Shown here piece after piece: positions 1-9,320 of a DNA stretch of 64,000 nt (position 1 is the first letter of the stretch; the number at the start of each line of letters is the position of its first letter). Origin of the DNA: an uncultured Gemmatimonadales bacterium (lineage in GTDB: Bacteria > Gemmatimonadota > Gemmatimonadetes > Gemmatimonadales > GWC2-71-9); the NCBI GenBank assembly GCA_963730185.1, contig CAVSQW010000014.1, positions 128,001 to 192,000 of the forward strand. Reading direction: 5' to 3'. The translations under genes and the position numbers were made by a program. Below the pieces are notes generated by a model, which saw nothing but the letters and a program-made list of their open reading frames with translations, had not been told where the DNA came from and did not search any database.

Positions 1-1
1 A

Positions 2-1039
2 CTAGGGGCGTTCCTAGTCGCGGCGGCTCTATATTTTTCTGTCAACGCCATTGCAGTTACCACGGTCGTGAGCCTGAGCGCCGGCCGAACCGTCAGAGGC
101 TCGATTGGCCTTAAGGCCTTCAGCTTCCTCGGCTACGACTTGCTGGCGAGTCTCCTCGCCATGGTGGTCGCGTGGGTCTTTGTCAGTTTCGACGAGGAGA
201 ACGGACTCGCACGCCTTGCCCTGCTTGCCGTATTCGTGCCGGTAATCTTGGCGCGCCACATGTACGGAAAGCTCAATACCCTCCAGATCCTCTACGACGA
301 GCTTGATCACGCCCACGAAGGCCTAGAATTGGCGTTACGTGAGCAACTCGAGATGATGGTTAAATCGATCGAGGCTCGCGATCCTTACACGTCAGGGCAT
401 TCGCGACGTGTGGCGGCCCTGTCGAAGGCTATCGCAACGGATCTGGGTTTCACGGGTGAGGTGCTTGGTGAGGTTGAGAATGCGGCCCTCCTCCATGACG
501 TTGGTAAGATCCACGCTGAATTCGCTCCACTCCTACAGAAGGAAGGGCGTTTGACGCAGGAGGAGTGGGAAATCATGAAGACCCACGCAGCCAAGAGTGC
601 CGAGCTTGTCGGACTCTTTAGCCGCTTTCGTGGGACGGTTCAATCGGCCGTGCGATCACATCACGAGAGATGGGACGGTAAGGGCTACCCTGACGGGCTT
701 GATGGCGACGAGATCCCACTCGGCGCTCGGATCATCATGATTTCGGACACCATTGACGCGATGACAACCGACAGGCCCTATCGGAAGGCCCTACCCTTCG
801 AACGAGTCGTAAGTGAGTTGCAGAAGTACCGCGGGGCCCAGTTCGATCCGCGCTTGGTGGACGTGACAATCAACTCTGTCACAGTTCGCCGGCTGGTTTC
901 AGACAAGGAGTTTCTGGCCGAGCAGACCCGGTCAGATCGCCCGATCACGAAGGTGCGGACTCGACCGGCCCTGCGATCGCAATCCAACTTCCTTGACGCA
1001 ATCCGGCCGGGTGTGTCTGGTGCAGGACGGGCAGGCTAG
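2..1039 (+). CDS. Membrane-anchored HD-GYP domain protein (putative c-di-GMP phosphodiesterase), 5' end outside window
   Basis: Frame is open from base 2 (LGAFLVAAALYFSVNAIAV...). Hydrophobic N-terminal helices, then RDPYTSGHS, LLHDVGKI and HHERWDGKGYPDGL motifs. Confidence 0.93.
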   Translation, partial: LGAFLVAAALYFSVNAIAVTTVVSLSAGRTVRGSIGLKAFSFLGYDLLASLLAMVVAWVFVSFDEENGLARLALLAVFVPVILARHMYGKLNTLQILYDELDHAHEGLELALREQLEMMVKSIEARDPYTSGHSRRVAALSKAIATDLGFTGEVLGEVENAALLHDVGKIHAEFAPLLQKEGRLTQEEWEIMKTHAAKSAELVGLFSRFRGTVQSAVRSHHERWDGKGYPDGLDGDEIPLGARIIMISDTIDAMTTDRPYRKALPFERVVSELQKYRGAQFDPRLVDVTINSVTVRRLVSDKEFLAEQTRSDRPITKVRTRPALRSQSNFLDAIRPGVSGAGRAG

Positions 1040-1049
1040 GCGCGCTTCC

Positions 1050-4000
1050 TCAGATCACCTCGAGGCGGTGCAGGTGCTTGGCGGTTTCGACGCTCAACGC
1101 TGACACCCACTTTGTTAGCTCCTGAGATGCCGCCTGAGGGGCAAGTCCGAACGCGGATTGACTGAGGCGGACTAAGGCCGAGGCGACGTCAACGCGGTCG
1201 ACAGCGTCAAGTGGGCCTAGACACTTCTGCCAGTGAGCCACGCGAGCTATCGCTTCCGTCGCCTGGCCGTTGAGAATCGCCAATCTGGCCACCCACCGCG
1301 CATACTTCCCCACGACGCCGGTCGCGAGCGGATCGCCGAACCTGCCTGTGGTTGCAACTGTGCCGCTCTCGATTGCTAGCTTACGCTTCCCCATTGCCCA
1401 CAAGATGTCTGCCTGTGAGAGCAGCCAGTCCTGCTCGATTACTGGTATACCAGCGTGGCGGGCCACGTCACTGCCTAGGTCGAGACCTTCTCCGACACCG
1501 GCGGACTGCCCCAGTAGGGCGTTGGCCAGGGTGCCGTGCGCAATTGCATGGATGAGGTAGCTCGGTGCCCGAATCGCATTTAGTCGTGGAATTGCCTTCT
1601 CGGCTGCCTTGGCCGCTTCGCGGTAGTGACACAAGTTAAGGAGAGTTAGCGCGAGGGAAGCGCTGAGTTCACCGACCAAGGCTTCGTTATCCAACCTGTC
1701 CGCGAACCGCAGGCCCTCCGCGAGGATTGGGAGCGTGGCGGCGTACTCGCCCTTCACGACATGGATCGCTGCCTTGCCTGCCAGGACGCGGACAAACGCG
1801 GAATCGGCCCGCTCATTCTCCCTGCAGGCTACCTCGGCAAGCGATGCTAGGCGCTCGGCCTCGTCGAAATTCCGCAGATTGTAGAGCAGGATCGCGCGGC
1901 TGATCGTCAACAGAAGTGACTGATCGATATGGCCAGGCTGCAGTGCGCTATGGGCATCGAGCACCTGTCTGATCAGTGGTTGCTCTTGGGTTCCAACGGC
2001 CATACGTGCGGCGAGCATATAGGCTGGCCCGACGGCCTCGCCGTCGATGGTGCTGACGCGAAGCAGTGTCGCGACTGTGTTGCTCGTTGAATCACGGGGG
2101 ATTGCACCGAGTTGCCATTCGGCGTGCAGCCGAAACACCATAGCCAGTTGCTCAAGCGTCGCCGGCAACTCCCCGGCCTCCTCCAGCACTTGGAGAGACT
2201 CCCCCCAGCGTCCCAACTCCTGGTGCAGGTCCGCCAGCACGACGCGGGCGCGGGTCTGCGACGCGGGGTCGATCTCGCCGAGGGCCGATTCCAGCGCGAG
2301 GACCGCCTCGTCCGGCGCGCCACGGTCCTTGGCCTCGGACGCCCCCCGGAAGAGGCGAGGGGTCGCTTCCACCCGGCGGCCGGCCCGCATCAGGTGCCAG
2401 GCGATCTCGAGCCCCGGGACTGCTCGTCCGCCCTCCTCGTCCGCCAGGAGGCGGTCGGCGATCGCTGCGTGCAGCGCGGTCCGTACCGGGCCCGCGATCT
2501 GGCGGTACACGTGCGCCCGAACCAGCTCGTTGATGAATTCGAGGGTGGCGCCGACGCTTCGGAGGATGCGCTTGGTGGTCAGCTCCGAGATGCCCTCCAC
2601 GGTCTGTCCGAAGCTGAGGTCGACCAGGCCGAACATCGAGAGGTCGCTGGCCCGACTGCCAAGCAAGGCCGAAAGGGTGAGGACCTGACGGGCGCTGTGC
2701 GACAGCGTGACCAGGATCCGCTCGGCGATCATGGCGTAGGTGTCGCGGTCGCGGGTGCGGTCCGGTCCGAATTCCGCCGTCATCGCCCCGAAGGCGAGCG
2801 CCAGCGATTTGGCACCGTTGATTCGCCAGTCCTGGGTCAAGAGCTCGAGGGCCATCGGAAACCCGCGGGATGCCCGGACCAGGGCCCGCCGCTCCGGCAC
2901 TCGGGGCGTGGCGTCGGCTCCCTCCAGAATGACCTCGAGCAGCTCGGCCGTGTCGTCCTCGGGCATCGGCTCGAGGCCGAGCGGCTCCATCGAGAGCCGG
3001 TCCATGCCCTCGCGGATCCGCCGGGCCTGGTGCGATTCGTCCTCGTCGGCGGGGCGGGCGGTGAGGACCACCATGTAGCGTCCCCGGTCGAGCCGGCGGA
3101 GGACGAGGTGGAGGACCGCGAGGCTGGCCTCGTCGGCCACGGGATAGTCGTCGAGGACCAGGAGCAGCGGCCGCTCGTCCATCACGGCGATCAGGAGGTC
3201 CATCACCCCTTCCGCGAAGAAGAGGCGCGCGGTCTCGCCCTCGCTGGGGCGCGGGGGCGGCAGGTTGGGGTAGTGATCCTTGACCCCGGGCACGACCTGC
3301 GCGATCTCGGCGAGCGCCGACGGGGCGGTCGCCGCCACGCCGGGACGGCCCAGGAGCCCGCTGACCAGCGCCCCAATGGTGGCGTACGGCAGGCGCTGCT
3401 CCAGGTGATAGCACTGGACTCGGGAGACCGACGCCCCTTCGAGACCGGCGGCCGTCACCAGGCGCTGGGCCAGGGTGGTCTTGCCGACCCCGCTGTCGCC
3501 CACGATGCAACGGTGACGAGGCCGGAACTGGTGGGTGGTTTCCCAGGTCTCGTAGAGGGCCCGATACTCACGCCGCCGGCCCACGAACTTCCGGTCCCGC
3601 CACTGCTCGGCCGGCACCGCCGGCATCGCCACCGGCTCGCGGGGCTCCCAGCCTCGCTTCTTGAGCTGGCCGGCCATCCCTTCGAGCAGCCCCGACGGCT
3701 CGGCCCCGAGCTCGGCCGCGAGCAGAGCCTTCCACTCGTCGAAGACCCGAAGCGCCGAGAAGCGGTCGCCGGCCAGCGCCAGTGCCTCGATCTTGGCTCG
3801 GATGCCCTCTTCCGCCAGGTGATCGAGGGCGAGCAGGCGCTCGGCCCGGGTCATGATCTCGTCGTGCGAGCCCCGTCGCCTGGCGTGGTCGATCAGGGTC
3901 AGGAGCGCCGCGTGGATCGACGGTAGCCGCCGGGCGTGCTCCCGTTCCTTCCAGAGCGAGAACTCGGGCGCATCCGGCAGGTCGAATCCGCGGAGAAAGC

Positions 4001-4364
4001 CGTCGACCTCGAGCGGGTCCTCGCCGTCGGCTCCGAGGACCTCGCCGGCTTCGAGGCGATCGAGGTCCAACGCCAGCGCGGGCGGGTCGAACCGCACCAT
4101 CGGCCGGCTGGATGGAAAGGCGGTTCGGCCGAAAATCGAGCGGAGGAGGGAGAGGGCGTTGGCCAGCGAGTGCCGGCCCTGAGCCTGGGCCGCCCGGGGC
4201 CAGAACATCTCCGCCAGCCGGTCCCGATCGTGGCCCCGCTTCCGCTCCACCGAGAGGAACACCAGCAGGGCGAGATGCTTCCGGACCCGGAACCGGACGA
4301 CCTTCCCGTCCGGCGCGCGAAGCTCGGCGGGGCCCAGACACTTGAGCAGGTAGGGAGCGGGCAC
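1050..4364 (-). CDS. SARP/BTAD-family transcriptional regulator with AAA/STAND ATPase and helical (TPR-like) C-terminus
   Basis: N-terminal wHTH/BTAD-like region (ALLVFLSVE...DRDRLAEMFWP; LGAEPS), Walker A GDSGVGKT, Walker B LLLVLDD, GFPMAL motif, helical repeats. Confidence 0.88.
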   Translation of the reverse strand: MPAPYLLKCLGPAELRAPDGKVVRFRVRKHLALLVFLSVERKRGHDRDRLAEMFWPRAAQAQGRHSLANALSLLRSIFGRTAFPSSRPMVRFDPPALALDLDRLEAGEVLGADGEDPLEVDGFLRGFDLPDAPEFSLWKEREHARRLPSIHAALLTLIDHARRRGSHDEIMTRAERLLALDHLAEEGIRAKIEALALAGDRFSALRVFDEWKALLAAELGAEPSGLLEGMAGQLKKRGWEPREPVAMPAVPAEQWRDRKFVGRRREYRALYETWETTHQFRPRHRCIVGDSGVGKTTLAQRLVTAAGLEGASVSRVQCYHLEQRLPYATIGALVSGLLGRPGVAATAPSALAEIAQVVPGVKDHYPNLPPPRPSEGETARLFFAEGVMDLLIAVMDERPLLLVLDDYPVADEASLAVLHLVLRRLDRGRYMVVLTARPADEDESHQARRIREGMDRLSMEPLGLEPMPEDDTAELLEVILEGADATPRVPERRALVRASRGFPMALELLTQDWRINGAKSLALAFGAMTAEFGPDRTRDRDTYAMIAERILVTLSHSARQVLTLSALLGSRASDLSMFGLVDLSFGQTVEGISELTTKRILRSVGATLEFINELVRAHVYRQIAGPVRTALHAAIADRLLADEEGGRAVPGLEIAWHLMRAGRRVEATPRLFRGASEAKDRGAPDEAVLALESALGEIDPASQTRARVVLADLHQELGRWGESLQVLEEAGELPATLEQLAMVFRLHAEWQLGAIPRDSTSNTVATLLRVSTIDGEAVGPAYMLAARMAVGTQEQPLIRQVLDAHSALQPGHIDQSLLLTISRAILLYNLRNFDEAERLASLAEVACRENERADSAFVRVLAGKAAIHVVKGEYAATLPILAEGLRFADRLDNEALVGELSASLALTLLNLCHYREAAKAAEKAIPRLNAIRAPSYLIHAIAHGTLANALLGQSAGVGEGLDLGSDVARHAGIPVIEQDWLLSQADILWAMGKRKLAIESGTVATTGRFGDPLATGVVGKYARWVARLAILNGQATEAIARVAHWQKCLGPLDAVDRVDVASALVRLSQSAFGLAPQAASQELTKWVSALSVETAKHLHRLEVI

Positions 4365-4743
4365 GGTTCGTTGGTCGTCGGGGGTTGGAGGCCGAGACCA
4401 CTATGCTACCGGCGAATCAACCCCACCTCAATCCGGGCCCGATCAGGGGCCGAAAAGCGGTTGGCGAGTTGTAATCTTCTGGCGGACCCTGCCGCGGTGT
4501 CCTGATGCGGCGTTTGTTCGGGGTGAGGCTAGGGCGAACCCGGCGGGATGCCCATCGAACGCCAAGCGCTCCGGTGGCGATCGTGACCGGTGCCAGTCGG
4601 GGCTGGGACCAGGAAACCCCTCGGGAACGCGATCCGCTCGCCAAGGCACCGAAGGGCAACGTCCCGAGCCACTGACCCTCGAGGACGCCTGACCCGGCGT
4701 CGCCGGTGTCGGCGCGCGGACCTGATGGGTTCCGACCTGGGGG

Positions 4744-4908
4744 CTACTGCTCGACGTCCGTGGCGGTGTCGGCCTCGTCGTCGCCCGGTTCGTCCGGTGA
4801 CTGCGGGCTGGCTGCTCGCTCGGCCTTGCGGCGGGCCTTCTCCTGCTTCTTCCGGGCCTTGGCGAGTTCTTTCTGTCGCTTCTCGAATCCGTAGTTTCGC
4901 TTGGGCAT
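4744..4908 (-). CDS. Small charged hypothetical protein, 54 aa (MPKRNYGFEKRQKELAKARKKQEK...)
   Basis: AGGAG SD just upstream of ATG at 4908; basic helical N-half, acidic tail. It is the tail of shadow ORF 4744..6393. Confidence 0.75.
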   Translation of the reverse strand: MPKRNYGFEKRQKELAKARKKQEKARRKAERAASPQSPDEPGDDEADTATDVEQ

Positions 4909-5024
4909 GAAGCTCCTGGCGTGGGTGGGCGGCAGGTGGGCCGGCCAGCCTATCGACGTGCAAGGTAGAAAGTCCGGGCGGGGCCGCAAGCCACCGGGCT
5001 CGCCGGCTCGCGGTCGGCGTCCGA

Positions 5025-5924
5025 TCAGCCGTCGCCGGGAGGCCGCTCGATCGGCTCCGGGTGGGACGCGATCCGCTCCGGATGGGAGTAGACGGTGAGC
5101 TGATCCCTCCGCGCGAAGCCCACCAGCGTCATCCCCGCTTCGGCGGCCACCCGGACGGCCAGACCGGTCGGCCCCGAGATCGCCGCCAGGATCGGGGTGC
5201 CCAGGACGGTGGCCTTTTGCACCATCTCGAAGCTGGCCCGGCTGGTGACGACCACGAATCCCTGGGCCGGGTCGACCCCGGCGGTGAGGGCGGCCCCGAT
5301 CAGCTTGTCGAGCGCGTTGTGCCGGCCCACGTCCTCCCGGGCCAACTGGATCACGCCGTCGAGCGACGCCCACCCGGCGGCGTGGACGGCCCCGGCCTCG
5401 CGGTTCAGGCGTTGGTGCTCGGTCAGCTCGTCCAGCGCTCGTTGGATCACCGCGGGCGCCACCGGCCGCCCCGCGCGGACCGGATGGACCGTCTTGAGGA
5501 CGGCGGCGATGCTGTCCGAGCCGCAGATCCCACAGCCGGTCCGACCCGACATCCGGCGGGTCCGCCCGGCGACCACGGCCTCGCAGGCCGGATCGATGCT
5601 GGCCTGGATCTCGATGCCCTGGCTGAACCGTTCCACGGAGACGGCCTGGAGGTCGGCCGGGGAGCGGATCAGCTCCTCGGTGATGCTGAAACCTAACGCG
5701 AAATCCTCCAGGTCCTCCGGCGTGGCCATCATGACCACGTGGGGGACCCGGTTGTACACGATGACGACCGGCGTTTCCTCCACCACCCGCTCGGGGCTCG
5801 GCGCGGCGACGCCGGCGGACCACCGGGTGGCGTCGACCTCGAGCAAGGGTCCGCCATAGCCCAGCCGCCGAAGCGAGGCGGGCGCCTGGCTCGGTTGGCG
5901 ATCGACCGACAGGGGCTCGGACAT
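5025..5924 (-). CDS. fdhD: Formate dehydrogenase accessory sulfurtransferase FdhD
   Basis: VVMMATPEDLEDFALGF, GCGICG, REDVGRHNALDKLIG, TSRASFEMVQK motifs. Confidence 0.95.
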   Translation of the reverse strand: MSEPLSVDRQPSQAPASLRRLGYGGPLLEVDATRWSAGVAAPSPERVVEETPVVIVYNRVPHVVMMATPEDLEDFALGFSITEELIRSPADLQAVSVERFSQGIEIQASIDPACEAVVAGRTRRMSGRTGCGICGSDSIAAVLKTVHPVRAGRPVAPAVIQRALDELTEHQRLNREAGAVHAAGWASLDGVIQLAREDVGRHNALDKLIGAALTAGVDPAQGFVVVTSRASFEMVQKATVLGTPILAAISGPTGLAVRVAAEAGMTLVGFARRDQLTVYSHPERIASHPEPIERPPGDG

Positions 5925-6217
5925 GCGGCACTCTCCCTTCGAGGCTTTGGGAATCTAACCGTCCGGTCCGACCGAGATCCGTTTGCGGGGCGGGCGTTTC
6001 GTCGATATCGTGCCCGGCGGACCTCGTCGAGCCGGCGCTCCACCACGACGATCGAGCTGGTGACGAGATGGGTGACCCGCCGGTATTGCGGCGGGCCCTG
6101 CCGGCAGCGAACATGGTGGGCCTCGGCCGGACCGAGGCCTCACGCCCGCGTGGAGTGTAAACAGACCATGGTGGATGAGTTGACACGACCGGCGGCGCCA
6201 ACCCCGCAAGGCACCCG

Positions 6218-7552
6218 GTGAGCCAACCGGGCGGAGCGCCATCGCTGCGGCGGGCCATTTCCCGTTGGGAGATCATCGGCCTGTCGATCAACGACGTGAT
6301 CGGCTCGGGCGTGTATCTCTTGCCGGCCGCGGCCGCCGCGCTGCTGGGGCCGATGAGCACTTGGGCGGTAGTTCTCGCCGGCGGTGCCGTCATTCTGCTC
6401 GTCCTCTGCTTCGCGGAGGCCGCGAGCTACTTCGACGAGCCCGGCGGCGGCTACCTCTATACCCGCGTCGCGTTCGGGTCGTTCGTCGGATTCGAGGTTG
6501 GCTGGATGACGTGGCTGGCCCGGGTCGCGTCGATCGCCTCGCTGAGCAACGGCCTGGCGCTGGCGACGGCGTACGTCTGGCCGGGCGCCTCCTCGGGGCT
6601 GCCACGGGCCGCCCTGATCACGGCGGCGCTCGCCTTTCTCACCTGGGTCAACGTGATCGGGGTGAAGTCGGGCGCCCGGACCGCGGTCGTGCTGGTGATC
6701 GCGAAATCGGCGCCGCTGGTGCTGTTCGTCGTCGCCGGGCTGTTTGCGGTCGACTGGTCGCGGGTCGCCGCGGTCCAGGCGCCCCGGCCCGGCGTTCTGG
6801 GCGAGGCCTCGCTGCTGCTGCTGTTCGCGTATGCCGGCTTCGAGAACACGCCGGCCGCCGCGGGCGAATACCGGAATCCGCGCCGCGACGTCCCCGTCGC
6901 CATCGTCATCGCCATGCTGTTCATCATCACGATCTACAGCCTGGTCCAGCTCGTGTCGGTGGGGACGTTGCCGGGCCTGGCGCAATCGAAATCGCCCCTC
7001 GCCGAGGCCGCCGGGCTGTTCCTCGGCGGCTGGGCCGCCCTGGTCATGACGGTGGGCGCGATCCTGTCGATCTTCGGCAACATCGGCAACACGGTGCTGA
7101 TCGGGCCGCGCTACCTGTTCGCGCTCGCCAACGACGGCTTCGGCCCGCGCGCGTTGGCCCGAGTGCACCCTCGCTATCAGACGCCGGCGGCGGCCATCAT
7201 CGCGCAATCGGTGCTCTCGCTCGTGCTGGCCCTGTCGGGTTCGTTCGTGCAGCTCGCGATGCTCTCGATCATCGCCCGGCTGGCCACCTACATCGGTACG
7301 GCAGCGGCCGTGCCACTGCTCCGCCGCCGTTTCGCCGCCCGCACGGATGCCACCCGCCTGCCGGGTGGGCCCGCGATCCCGATCGCGGCGATCATGGTCT
7401 CCCTCGCATTCGTGGCGAGCACCAGCTGGCAGAATCTGCTCGCCGGGCTCGTCGCGCTCGTCATTGGGGCGTTGATCTACCGGTTCCGGCGCAACGACCG
7501 TCCTGGCGAGTCCGCGGCCGGCGAGACGAATCCGACGAGCCGAGGTCGCTGA
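6218..7552 (+). CDS. APC-family amino acid permease
   Basis: IGSG in TM1, GGGYLY, FAYAGFE, about 12 hydrophobic segments. Confidence 0.92.
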   Translation: MSQPGGAPSLRRAISRWEIIGLSINDVIGSGVYLLPAAAAALLGPMSTWAVVLAGGAVILLVLCFAEAASYFDEPGGGYLYTRVAFGSFVGFEVGWMTWLARVASIASLSNGLALATAYVWPGASSGLPRAALITAALAFLTWVNVIGVKSGARTAVVLVIAKSAPLVLFVVAGLFAVDWSRVAAVQAPRPGVLGEASLLLLFAYAGFENTPAAAGEYRNPRRDVPVAIVIAMLFIITIYSLVQLVSVGTLPGLAQSKSPLAEAAGLFLGGWAALVMTVGAILSIFGNIGNTVLIGPRYLFALANDGFGPRALARVHPRYQTPAAAIIAQSVLSLVLALSGSFVQLAMLSIIARLATYIGTAAAVPLLRRRFAARTDATRLPGGPAIPIAAIMVSLAFVASTSWQNLLAGLVALVIGALIYRFRRNDRPGESAAGETNPTSRGR

Positions 7553-7614
7553 GCCCGGCTGGTCGGGAGACCCAACTCCGCGTCGAGCGGATCCTTGAAG
7601 GGAGTGAGCGCCTG

Positions 7615-9210
7615 ATGTCGGTGTCGCGTCGTGATGCTCTTGCGCAGCTGGCCGCCCTGGCGGCCGTCGCGGCCCTCCCGCGTCCGGGCCGGCGCGGCGC
7701 CCCGGCCGATCCGCTCGACGGCACCATCGCCGACTATCGGGCCGGCCTCGCGCGCGGGGACTTCACCGCCGCGGAGGTGACGGCCCGGGCGCTCGAGCGA
7801 TGCCGGACCGACGGGCCCGTCTGGCACGCGATCGACGCCTTCGCCGTGACGGCGCTGGCCGAGGCGAAGGCGGCCGACCGCCGCCGGCGGGCGGGTCGGC
7901 CGCTGGGACCGCTGGATGGCGTTCCCGTCTTCGCCAAGGCCATCTACGACCTGAGCGGGCTTCCGACCACCGGCTCGAGCGCCGCCTGGGCGAGGATCTT
8001 TCCGGACCCGGTGGGCCGCGACGCGCTGGAGGTGACTCGGATGCGCGCGGCCGGCGCGGCGGTGTTGGGCAAGACGGCGGCGGACGACTTCGCCTACCGC
8101 GGCGTCGGGACCAGCAGCCAGACCGGCCAGGTCCAAAATCCCCACGACCCCACCGGCACCCGCACCCCGGGCGGCTCCAGCGCGGGCTCGGCGGTGGCCG
8201 TGGCCGGCGGGATGTCGTTCGCCGCGCTCGGCACCGACGACGGAGGGTCCAACCGGATTCCGGCCCAGTGCACCGGCGTGGTCGGGATGAAGCCGACCTT
8301 CGGCCTGGTGCCCAGGACGGGGGTGATTCCCACCTGGCCCTACCTCGACACCCACGGGCCCCTGGCCCGTCACGTGGCCGACGCGGCGCTCCTCCTGGCC
8401 GCGATCGCGGGGCCGGATCGTTCCGACCCCCTGGCCCTCACCATTCCGTTCGACCCGGCGCCGCTCGCCCGACTGTCCGACGAGGCTCTGGCCGGCGTGC
8501 GGCTCGGGCTGGTGGAGGCGCACGTGCCCCGGGCTCAGATGACGGCCGAGGCGATCGCCACCTGGGACCGGGCGGTGGGCGACTTGCGCTCGGCAGGCGC
8601 AACGGTCGACCCGTTCACGCCGGCCGTCACGCTCGCGAACGTCCGGGATGCCTTCGCCGGGGCAGCCACCCGGCGCGGCGACGTGCCGGTGGACTCGCGC
8701 TCGCCGGCGCCGACCGCCAACGCGCTCTATCGGTATTTCGCGGGGCGCACCGACCAGCCGCGCGCCGCGATCCGCAAGGGGTACGACGCCTATCGATCGT
8801 TCTACGATGTACTGCCCGCCGCCTACGAGCAGTGCGAGCCGCTCCTGGAGCAGCCGATGGAGCGCGATCCGGCGGGGCAGTCGTTCGCGAAGTCGCGGGC
8901 CGAGGTGGTCGCGGCTCTGACAGCGTCGATGCGGGTGGCGGGCGTGGCAGCCATGGTTTATCCCACGATGCCGTTCGAGGCCTTTCGCCTGGCCGAGGGC
9001 TGGCCGGACGTCCGGACGCCGCTCGGTTACGGCAACTGGCTGGGCCTTCCGGAAGTGTCGGTTCCGGCCGGGATGGGCGCGGACGGCCTGCCGACGCTCA
9101 ACCTCTCGGTGGTCGGCCTCCCGGGCGAGGATGCCCGCGTGCTGGCGCTGGCCCACGCCTACGAGCGCCAGTCGCGGCGGTTCGTCGCCCCGGCGCGGCC
9201 GGGTCGCTAG
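7615..9210 (+). CDS. Amidase-signature family amidase, likely Tat-exported
   Basis: ATG 7615 (MSVSRRDALAQL, twin-Arg signal); GPLDGVPVFAK, PGGSSAGSA, GTDDGGSNRIPA. Confidence 0.88.
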   Translation: MSVSRRDALAQLAALAAVAALPRPGRRGAPADPLDGTIADYRAGLARGDFTAAEVTARALERCRTDGPVWHAIDAFAVTALAEAKAADRRRRAGRPLGPLDGVPVFAKAIYDLSGLPTTGSSAAWARIFPDPVGRDALEVTRMRAAGAAVLGKTAADDFAYRGVGTSSQTGQVQNPHDPTGTRTPGGSSAGSAVAVAGGMSFAALGTDDGGSNRIPAQCTGVVGMKPTFGLVPRTGVIPTWPYLDTHGPLARHVADAALLLAAIAGPDRSDPLALTIPFDPAPLARLSDEALAGVRLGLVEAHVPRAQMTAEAIATWDRAVGDLRSAGATVDPFTPAVTLANVRDAFAGAATRRGDVPVDSRSPAPTANALYRYFAGRTDQPRAAIRKGYDAYRSFYDVLPAAYEQCEPLLEQPMERDPAGQSFAKSRAEVVAALTASMRVAGVAAMVYPTMPFEAFRLAEGWPDVRTPLGYGNWLGLPEVSVPAGMGADGLPTLNLSVVGLPGEDARVLALAHAYERQSRRFVAPARPGR

Positions 9211-9320
9211 TCGGGCGGTTGAAGCTAGGCCGGCTGCGAGCGGGGAGTCGCGCTCGAGCTCGGGTCAACGCTTCGCTCCGGAATTCAGGGTTGCCGCTCG
9301 CTTCGGCGGCGAGCCGTCGC

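Noticed and set aside
4640..4690. Glycine or cobalamin riboswitch (CACCGAAGG, GCCACTG)
   Set aside because: Only short words match; other conserved elements are missing and the orientation is opposite to nearby genes.
5025..5924. Formate dehydrogenase or selenocysteine locus around fdhD
   Set aside because: No fdh subunit, Moco or sel genes in the window; a stand-alone fdhD is common.
6265..7614. 450-aa N-terminal extension of the amidase
   Set aside because: Arg-rich alternative frame of the permease gene; the real start is the Tat signal at 7615.
9215..9320. attC-like inner stem (cgagcgg/ccgctcg) between convergent genes
   Set aside because: Lacks AAC/GTT cores; more simply a terminator-like hairpin.
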